The notes below the pieces were generated by a model. It saw nothing but the letters and a program-made list of their open reading frames with translations, did no database searches and had not been told where the DNA came from. This document shows positions 58,261 through 64,000 of a stretch of DNA of 64,000 bases, in pieces (position 1 is the stretch's first letter; every line of letters starts with the position of its first letter). The DNA is from Patescibacteria group bacterium (lineage in GTDB: Bacteria > Patescibacteriota > Microgenomatia > UBA1400 > MFAQ01): assembly GCA_943355005.1 (NCBI GenBank), contig CALRDV010000001.1, positions 15,410 through 79,409 of the forward strand. The letters run 5' to 3'. Both the position numbers and the translations under genes were made by a program.

Positions 58261-58683
58261 ATGTTTAGTTTAAGTCTGTTGGGAACGGCCACAGACAATC
58301 ATTCGGCTTACCTGGTTCGACCAGGAATGATGAACGGCGCCTTACATTTCTTTCATGAAATTAAGTGGGTCGAGTTCGAAGGGCTGAGGGTGAACGGAGA
58401 TTGGGGACAAGCCAGGTTTGTTTCTTCGAATATTGTCGGCAGTCATATCTATCAGCTGACCGAATTAACATCCGAAGATCCGGAGAAGCTCGAGATGACC
58501 GAGTTCCACATCGCCATCCACTTCTCATCCGCCACCCCCCAAGAAGCCTCTGAGGCTATATTGGACTGGGCAATTCACTCTGGCGCCAGTGAAGGCGCCA
58601 CCATTGAACCGGCCAACGCAGAAGGAACCAAATGGTTCATATGTTTACCGGCATTGTTCAAGTTCAGTCTCGAGATCGTCTAA
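58261..58683 (+). CDS. cassette B2: hypothetical protein (140 aa), possibly VOC/glyoxalase-like fold
   Basis: SD AGGAGG 58249-58254. The VOC resemblance (…GTKWFICLP..FKFSLEIV) is weak. Confidence 0.55.
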   Translation: MFSLSLLGTATDNHSAYLVRPGMMNGALHFFHEIKWVEFEGLRVNGDWGQARFVSSNIVGSHIYQLTELTSEDPEKLEMTEFHIAIHFSSATPQEASEAILDWAIHSGASEGATIEPANAEGTKWFICLPALFKFSLEIV

Positions 58684-58686
58684 TTC

Positions 58687-58718
58687 AAATCCACTCTATA
58701 TAGGGTGGATTTTTATTT
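58687..58718 (+). terminator. Rho-independent terminator
   Basis: ATCCAC-tctatatagg-GTGGAT-TTTTATTTT. Followed by TATAAT (58726-58731) ACCCCAGAACGTT. Confidence 0.8.
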
Positions 58719-58778
58719 TCTGATGTATAATACCCCAGAACGTTTCTAGAAAAACAACACTTTGAAATCGGAGGAAAT

Positions 58779-59162
58779 ATGAGCTTTACACCCCAAAATG
58801 CTTTAGGGAAAGCAAATTCTAATTTACAGGGAACCGAATTTTTTCTTGGAGCCAAAAGAGCACTCGGTGAAAAATTTACTAAAGCCGATGTCTTTATCCT
58901 CCTTATTGCACGAATTAAGGAAATTTTAAGCTTTAAGGATGGTCGGGATGAAAAATGGCTGGGCATGTTAAAAGATGCAATCAATCAAAACATGACCTCG
59001 GCGCTGAAGGAATATTTATCAAATCAGATAGAATATCTTCGAACATCCAATCCTGATTACGAAATATTGATCTTGACTCCTGCACTTGTAAGCCTTTCTT
59101 TTAGTTCAAATTTAGATCCATATCTTCTTCTCGGACTAGAAGAGTTCTACAAAACCCTCTAG
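58779..59162 (+). CDS. cassette B3: hypothetical protein (127 aa)
   Basis: SD GGAGG 6 nt upstream. Confidence 0.55.
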   Translation: MSFTPQNALGKANSNLQGTEFFLGAKRALGEKFTKADVFILLIARIKEILSFKDGRDEKWLGMLKDAINQNMTSALKEYLSNQIEYLRTSNPDYEILILTPALVSLSFSSNLDPYLLLGLEEFYKTL

Positions 59163-59167
59163 GCACT

Positions 59168-59196
59168 CGCCCACCTTCACCGGTGGGTTTTTTATT
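59168..59196 (+). terminator. Rho-independent terminator
   Basis: CCCACC-ttcacc-GGTGGG-TTTTTTATT. Followed by TATAAT (59205-59210) ATCCCAGAACATT. Confidence 0.8.
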
Positions 59197-59242
59197 ATGG
59201 GTGTTATAATATCCCAGAACATTAAATTAAGGAGGTTAGATA

Positions 59243-59611
59243 ATGGAAACCATAGAAACGATCCAATTTGTTATTGAGCTCATTGGCAGTGTATTTAAGA
59301 TTGTTCAGATGGCAATTCATCTGGTTTTTGTCGGCATCGTTACTCTATTCCGTCCCGGTTCCGATAAAGAGTGGCGCCAGGCATGGATGTGGGTTGTCTT
59401 CCCGGTATTTTTTGTGGGAGGCTTCGGCATCCTCGTCTCATGGTTAATCCACTACATATTTGCTTTGCTGGGATTTACTCTTCTGGGTTGGATTCTGATA
59501 TTGATCTGGCTATTTTACTTTTGGGTTGGTGAGCCATTTATGTATATTACCTACCCGGAGTATGAAATTAACCGCGAGGAGAAATCTCATTGGATCGACA
59601 CCGGCGAATAA
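59243..59611 (+). CDS. cassette B4: small membrane protein (122 aa, 3 TM)
   Basis: SD AAGGAGG. Co-transcribed with B5 (no terminator between them). Confidence 0.55.
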   Translation: METIETIQFVIELIGSVFKIVQMAIHLVFVGIVTLFRPGSDKEWRQAWMWVVFPVFFVGGFGILVSWLIHYIFALLGFTLLGWILILIWLFYFWVGEPFMYITYPEYEINREEKSHWIDTGE

Positions 59612-59627
59612 ATCTCTGGAGGTAAAA

Positions 59628-60074
59628 ATGTTCAAATCTCTTAGTGAACAGATCGACGATGCACTTGCAAACCTTACGATACTTGAACTTCGTATCGGTC
59701 ACGCACGTCAATCTGGGACAATGCTTACGAAAGAAAAATTGTTTGAGTACTTGATGGCCTGGGCTAATTATCGTAATTTCTTTGCTCTTTCGCATTACCG
59801 CCATGAATCAAAATGGAGTGGCATTATTCTCGATTGCCAAGCAAAGATCATGACCCAACAGTTAAAGGACTTTCTCAAAGAAATCAAAGATAATCTCGAA
59901 GCTCGCATCCCACCTACCGAAAGAATCGTTTTGGGGTACAAACCAATCGATGTTCTTCACCCTCTCCCGGCCGCCATTTCCGTTAGCAACATACTAGTTG
60001 AAAACGAAAAGCTATTTACGACTTTGCCACTCCTACTGTTGGCACTTATCGAAATATCTGACTCCAACACATAG
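59628..60074 (+). CDS. cassette B5: hypothetical protein (148 aa)
   Basis: SD GGAGGT 59618-59623. Internal start chosen from the longer ORF 59526. Confidence 0.5.
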   Translation: MFKSLSEQIDDALANLTILELRIGHARQSGTMLTKEKLFEYLMAWANYRNFFALSHYRHESKWSGIILDCQAKIMTQQLKDFLKEIKDNLEARIPPTERIVLGYKPIDVLHPLPAAISVSNILVENEKLFTTLPLLLLALIEISDSNT

Positions 60075-60100
60075 CCCACCACCCGGTGGGTTTTTTTGTT
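60073..60100 (+). terminator. Rho-independent terminator
   Basis: CCCACC-accc-GGTGGG-TTTTTTT. Followed by TACAAT (60100-60105). Confidence 0.8.
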
Positions 60101-60138
60101 ACAATTTCAGTGAACTTTCAAATTTAGATTGGAGACAC

Positions 60139-60483
60139 ATGATTACTCATGTCAAAATTAGAGCACCTTTCGACCACGTTGACGGACAGACTTTTTATGT
60201 CACACCGGAATTAAAAGAAAAAATATTTATTCTTGGTGCAACTCTCGTGCTTGATCACAACAATTTTTGTATGATTACGCCTGAGGGTGAAGTGGTAAGA
60301 ACAAAGTGGACCGTAGTCGAAGTTATTTCCGACAGACCTACCGGCTACAATGATCGCAAAATGGTTCGAGATATCGTAGGTGGCTTAATAGCTGTTAGTT
60401 CCATCGGACGAGCTTCTTGGGGACAAATATCTATAAAATTCTTTGAAGGGTTGGTTTTTTTCAACGAAGAAGAGGTTGTTTAG
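60139..60483 (+). CDS. cassette B6: hypothetical protein (114 aa)
   Basis: SD GGAGA 5 nt upstream. Internal start of ORF 59998. Confidence 0.5.
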   Translation: MITHVKIRAPFDHVDGQTFYVTPELKEKIFILGATLVLDHNNFCMITPEGEVVRTKWTVVEVISDRPTGYNDRKMVRDIVGGLIAVSSIGRASWGQISIKFFEGLVFFNEEEVV

Positions 60484-60492
60484 TGAGATTAC

Positions 60493-60521
60493 AAACCCAC
60501 AATTATCTGTGGGTTTTTTTA
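60493..60521 (+). terminator. Rho-independent terminator
   Basis: ACCCACA-attatc-TGTGGGT-TTTTTTT. Followed by TATAAT 60522-60527. Confidence 0.8.
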
Positions 60522-60535
60522 TATAATATCGCCTG

Positions 60536-60859
60536 GTGTTCAAAAACGAAACTATTTTTACCAAAGCGGTACTAACTGCCAAAAATCATATTGCCCGGTC
60601 AGAGGAGGGATTTCTTCTCTTGTCTAAAGATCGGTCATTGTCTGAAATGTCCACTCCCATCACAGGTCTTACATCTGAGGAAACCTTGGAAAGAAGAACT
60701 GACTTTTTAGAATTTATTAATCAAATGAATGAAGATGGTCTCAGAAATCATTTAGCTATGGTTGAACACCAAATAGACGTTGCCCTTAGTCGGCCAATTC
60801 AAGGAACTTCCGAACTGTATTGGCAGAGAATTGTTATACTGGATAGACTAGCCTCTTAA
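60536..60859 (+). CDS. cassette B7: hypothetical protein (107 aa; GTG start 9 nt after the -10, probably leaderless; start uncertain)
   Basis: No SD. TATAAT 60522-60527. Confidence 0.4.
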   Translation: MFKNETIFTKAVLTAKNHIARSEEGFLLLSKDRSLSEMSTPITGLTSEETLERRTDFLEFINQMNEDGLRNHLAMVEHQIDVALSRPIQGTSELYWQRIVILDRLAS

Positions 60860-60907
60860 AGGAAAACTTCTAAAGTAAGTTTGAACTGATAGAATAGTAC
60901 TCACGAT

Positions 60908-62188
60908 ATGAATAATATATTAGCTCCTCTGCGTGCCTTGTTCAAAATTAAAGACCTCCGTAACCGTATTCTTTTTACAGCCGGAGTTATTTTATTATTC
61001 CGTTTGGTCGCCCACATTCCTACACCTGGCATAAATTTAGACGCTCTCAAGAATCTTTTTAATAGTTCTGCTTTTCTTTCTCTTTTGGACGTATTCTCAG
61101 GCGGAACCTTGACGAATTTTTCCGTCATGGCTCTCGGACTGAACCCTTATATCAACGCCTCCATTATCATGCAAATGCTTGGCATGGTAGTTCCGTCTTT
61201 GGAAGCGCTCCAGAAAGAAGGGGACTATGGTCGCCAAAAAATTAATCAATACACACGTCTACTTACCATTCCCCTAAGTTTCCTTCAGGGCATCGCTCTA
61301 ATTTTTCTACTTCGCAACCAGGGGCTTACGACCACAGCAGACCCTCTTAAGCTGGCCTCAATTGTCTTCACTCTAGCCGCCGGCACCTCATTCCTCATTT
61401 GGCTTGGCGAACAGCTAAATGAATACGGTGTTGGAAATGGAATTAGTCTGATTATCTTTGTCGGTATCGTTAGTCGTCTCCCGGTCGCCGCCGCACAGAC
61501 AATTGCCACCATCGATCCTTCCAAAATATTTGTATACCTCATCTTCTTATTCTTTGCCATTGCTTCGATCTACGCTATCGTTCGCGTTGGTGAAGCTGTC
61601 CGCGAAGTTCCCATTCAGTCCGCCCGCCGTGGAGCTTCCTTTACCTCTACTGTCGGCAATCATTTGCCACTCAAGCTCAATCAAGCCGGCGTCATCCCAA
61701 TCATCTTTGCCGTTTCCTTTATGTTAATTCCAAATTTACTAGGTCGGGTCTTTGCCTCATCCACTCAACCATTTTTATCCGGTTTTTCTCACACAGTAAC
61801 TACTTATTTGGCGCCCGATACCATTCTATATAATGCCCTCTATTTTGGCCTTGTTGTTGCCTTCTGTTATTTTTATACCGCCGTTGTCTTCAATCCGGAA
61901 AAAATCGCCAAAGATCTTCGTTCTTCCGGTTCCTTTATTCCCGGAGTCCGTCCTGGTCCCAATACTGTCGACTACTTAAACTTTGTTTTAAATCGCATTA
62001 CTTTAGTCGGAGCTTCCTTCTTAGGTTTAGTCGCCATCTTCCCTTCAATCGTTTCAGGTATGACAGGGATTGCTGGACTAGCTATTGGTGGTACAGGCAT
62101 TCTCATCGTCGTCTCGGTCGTTCTGGAAATTTTGAAAACAGTGAACTCTCAGCTCTACATGTACAGTTACGACAAATTTTTAGATTAA
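60908..62188 (+). CDS. secY: preprotein translocase subunit SecY
   Basis: 10 TM. ...[14 protein letters not shown]..., 426 aa. Confidence 0.95.
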   Translation: MNNILAPLRALFKIKDLRNRILFTAGVILLFRLVAHIPTPGINLDALKNLFNSSAFLSLLDVFSGGTLTNFSVMALGLNPYINASIIMQMLGMVVPSLEALQKEGDYGRQKINQYTRLLTIPLSFLQGIALIFLLRNQGLTTTADPLKLASIVFTLAAGTSFLIWLGEQLNEYGVGNGISLIIFVGIVSRLPVAAAQTIATIDPSKIFVYLIFLFFAIASIYAIVRVGEAVREVPIQSARRGASFTSTVGNHLPLKLNQAGVIPIIFAVSFMLIPNLLGRVFASSTQPFLSGFSHTVTTYLAPDTILYNALYFGLVVAFCYFYTAVVFNPEKIAKDLRSSGSFIPGVRPGPNTVDYLNFVLNRITLVGASFLGLVAIFPSIVSGMTGIAGLAIGGTGILIVVSVVLEILKTVNSQLYMYSYDKFLD

Positions 62189-62193
62189 CTTTC

Positions 62194-62226
62194 GTCATTC
62201 CGACCGTAGTGGAGGAATCTCACTCC
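62194..62226 (+). repeat. Hairpin repeat GTCATTCCGACCGTAGTGGAGGAATCTCACTCC right after the secY stop
   Basis: Same as the 5523 and 22842 copies. Confidence 0.85.
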
Positions 62227-62249
62227 AAATATTAAAATTTTAATTAAGT

Positions 62250-62283
62250 GTCATTCCCGACCTGATCGGGAATCTATATAAAT
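62250..62283 (+). repeat. Hairpin repeat GTCATTCCCGACCTGATCGGGAATC + TATATAAAT, 10 bp upstream of adk
   Basis: Identical core. Confidence 0.9.
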
Positions 62284-62292
62284 TAATTCACT

Positions 62293-62862
62293 ATGAACAT
62301 AATCATTCTCGGACCCCAAGGGTCAGGCAAAGGCACACAGGCAAAGTTATTAGCCGAAAAATACGGCTTAACGAATATTTCTTCAGGTAAACTCCTCCGT
62401 GAATTTGCCAAAGGCGACTCTGAGAAAGCCAAGCTGATTGCCGATCTTCTCACTACCGGGGCACTTCTTCCTTTCGACACTGTCATGGAAGTCATTGAAC
62501 CCGCTATGGTTGGATCCAAATCTGGCTTTATTCTGGACGGTAGTCCAAGAGATCTTATGCAAGCCGAATATCTTGATTGGTTTTTGGGCGAGCGCCACAT
62601 TACTATTGATAAAGTCATTCATATCGATATTCCTCGTGAGGAAAGTTTAAATCGGCTGGCCAAAAGAGCCATCACTGAAAATCGTTCCGACGATACCCCG
62701 GATGCTATTCACGAAAGATTGGATATTTACGAGAAAGATACTATGCCTGTCATAGACTACTATCGCAAGCAAGGCAAAATGATCGATGTCGACGGCGTTG
62801 GTGAAGTCCCAGAGATTTTTAACGCCATCATCTCCAAGCTCGAAGTGTCATCCCGAGCGTAG
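62293..62862 (+). CDS. adk: adenylate kinase. Last five codons and stop (VSSRA*) are supplied by a hairpin repeat
   Basis: IIILGPQGSGKGTQAK P-loop. No zinc-lid Cys. Element GTCATCCCGAGCGTAG overlaps 62847-62862. Confidence 0.93.
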   Translation: MNIIILGPQGSGKGTQAKLLAEKYGLTNISSGKLLREFAKGDSEKAKLIADLLTTGALLPFDTVMEVIEPAMVGSKSGFILDGSPRDLMQAEYLDWFLGERHITIDKVIHIDIPREESLNRLAKRAITENRSDDTPDAIHERLDIYEKDTMPVIDYYRKQGKMIDVDGVGEVPEIFNAIISKLEVSSRA

Positions 62863-62980
62863 TTCCATAGATACCCCGAAGAGGGTACGAGGGATCTCAC
62901 GCTATTGTCATTCCGGGCTTGACCCGGAATCCAGTCATTAATTATCCGTCATTGCGAATGTACTCATGTGGCAATCTAGG
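62847..62980 (+). repeat. Three contiguous hairpin-family elements (62847-62902, 62907-62934, 62948-62980)
   Basis: GTCATCCCGAGCGTAG...GGGATCTCACGC; GTCATTCCGGGCTTGACCCGGAATCCAG; GTCATTGCGAATGTACTCATGTGGCAATCTAGG. Confidence 0.9.
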
Positions 62981-63004
62981 CAATTTAAGCATAAAATATC
63001 GTCA

Positions 63005-63751
63005 ATGACAAAACTTCAAGCCATGACCGAAGGCGGTGCCCGTTTGGGGTGGATCAAAGGCCAGTTGGAAAAAATGGTTCAGGCCGGAGTTACTCCCTTG
63101 GAAATTGACGCCGAATGTTTCCGATTAATTAAAGAAGGCGGAGACAAGCCTAATTTCTCTATGGAGCCGGGCTATAAACACTCGACTTGTATAAATGTAA
63201 ACGAAGGTATGGTTCACGGCATCCCGGGTAAAACCCCCTTCAAAAAAGGCGACGTCGTCAAGGTCGATCTAGGTCTCATGCACGAAGGTTTTCACTTGGA
63301 CTCTTCTATTACCGTCGCAATCCCACCCGTTAAACCTGAAGTAGCCAGATTCCTCGAAGTCAGCCAACGCTCCCTCGCCGCCGCCATTTTTATGGCGAAC
63401 CCTGGGAACACCGTCTATGACCTTGGTCTAGCTATGCAGACCGTTGTCGAAGCTGAAGGCTACAATGTGGTCCGCGATCTCACCGGCCACGGCATCGGCC
63501 GCAAGCTTCACATGGAGCCATATATTCCTTGTTTTGCGGATAAATCAAGCAAAAAGGATATCTTAGCTGTCGATCAAACCGTAGCTATCGAAGCCATGGT
63601 CTCCATGGGCGATTATCATCTAGTCGAAGACACCGATGGCTGGACGCTCTCTACCCAAGACGGTTCTATCACCGCCATGTACGAGGAAACCGTCTATATC
63701 ACCGCCCAAGGCCCCAAAATCCTCACAGCCACAAATAAAAGAAAGTTATAG
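63005..63751 (+). CDS. map: type I methionine aminopeptidase
   Basis: ...DVVKVDLG...HGIGRKLHMEP..., Asp/His/Glu metal-ligand positions present. Start at ATG 63005 (the ORF-track extension runs through a repeat element). Confidence 0.88.
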   Translation: MTKLQAMTEGGARLGWIKGQLEKMVQAGVTPLEIDAECFRLIKEGGDKPNFSMEPGYKHSTCINVNEGMVHGIPGKTPFKKGDVVKVDLGLMHEGFHLDSSITVAIPPVKPEVARFLEVSQRSLAAAIFMANPGNTVYDLGLAMQTVVEAEGYNVVRDLTGHGIGRKLHMEPYIPCFADKSSKKDILAVDQTVAIEAMVSMGDYHLVEDTDGWTLSTQDGSITAMYEETVYITAQGPKILTATNKRKL

Positions 63752-63850
63752 TACTTGCCCACCGACCACGGCATCGTCCGAAAGTGAAAAGTGCTAGAAT
63801 ATTGCGAATCATTCCTTAAAAATCCAACAATTTTCTCATTGGAGGAGAAA

Positions 63851-64000
63851 TGCTCAAAAATATTAATCTTCGACCCGGAATCTGCGGCAATTGTGGCGCC
63901 AAAACAGAAGGGAGTAATTTAGGCACCCTTTGCGGAAAATGTTCTGATTTTCATCTTTTCAGTCTGGAGAATGTTAAGCTTGTCTACAAACTCCTTCCTA
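63851..64000 (+). CDS. partial ORF (5' end only) with CxxC...CxxC zinc-ribbon motif; not IF-1-like
   Basis: GGAGGA SD then ATG. MLKNINLRPGICGNCGAKTEGSNLGTLCGKCSDF... truncated by the window end. Confidence 0.35.

Noticed and set aside
1-64000. tRNA/rRNA/tmRNA/RNase P genes
   Set aside because: Intergenic regions were scanned by eye for cloverleaf features (e.g. GGTTCGAATCC T-arms) and none were found. Spacers are mostly occupied by hairpin repeats and terminators. A tRNA-scan/Infernal run would be needed to be definitive.

Overview
This window looks like a syntenic core-genome segment of a small-genome bacterium, possibly a CPR/Patescibacteria-type lineage (inference). Supporting that guess: short IF2, AlaRS without a C-Ala domain, no rpmD, many small genes, almost no Shine-Dalgarno (SD) use on core genes, and frequent leaderless starts. 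In order it contains the dnaK 3' end and dnaJ, then nusA-infB-(two odd genes)-rpsO-pnp. An accessory stretch follows (Lon-like AAA+ with no protease domain, an SMR-like transporter, an ATP-grasp ligase, three membrane proteins, and a divergent HprK-like P-loop pair with an OmpR-type wHTH). Then come rnj, ftsK, a rodZ-like gene, alaS, a sortase locus, ruvX-mltG, rpoB-rpoC, and the str/S10/spc ribosomal-protein operons through secY-adk-map. Three things stand out. (1) Two islands of small self-contained cassettes sit inside otherwise universally contiguous operons, rpsG|fusA and rplO|secY. Each cassette has a T-tract terminator fused to a conserved TATAAT-ATCCCAGAAC promoter and a strong AAGGAGG SD, while core genes have no SD. 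One cassette encodes an MttB-family methyltransferase, another a CutA homolog on the opposite strand. (2) There is a large family (at least 22 copies) of short hairpin repeats with termini GTCAT[TC][CG]C...G[GC][GA]AATC and compensatory stem changes. Many sit 20-45 bp upstream of start codons carrying a TATA(T/A)AAAT box. Several are inserted in-frame inside CDSs (infB, an NrnA-like gene, a YtxH-like gene) or donate the last codons and stop of adk. One forms a 119-bp MITE-like tandem array. (3) The HprK-like kinase and pseudokinase-wHTH pair has three phased GGACA(A/G) direct repeats in its promoter region. No tRNA, rRNA or CRISPR was found. All calls come from reading the sequence; none is database-verified.
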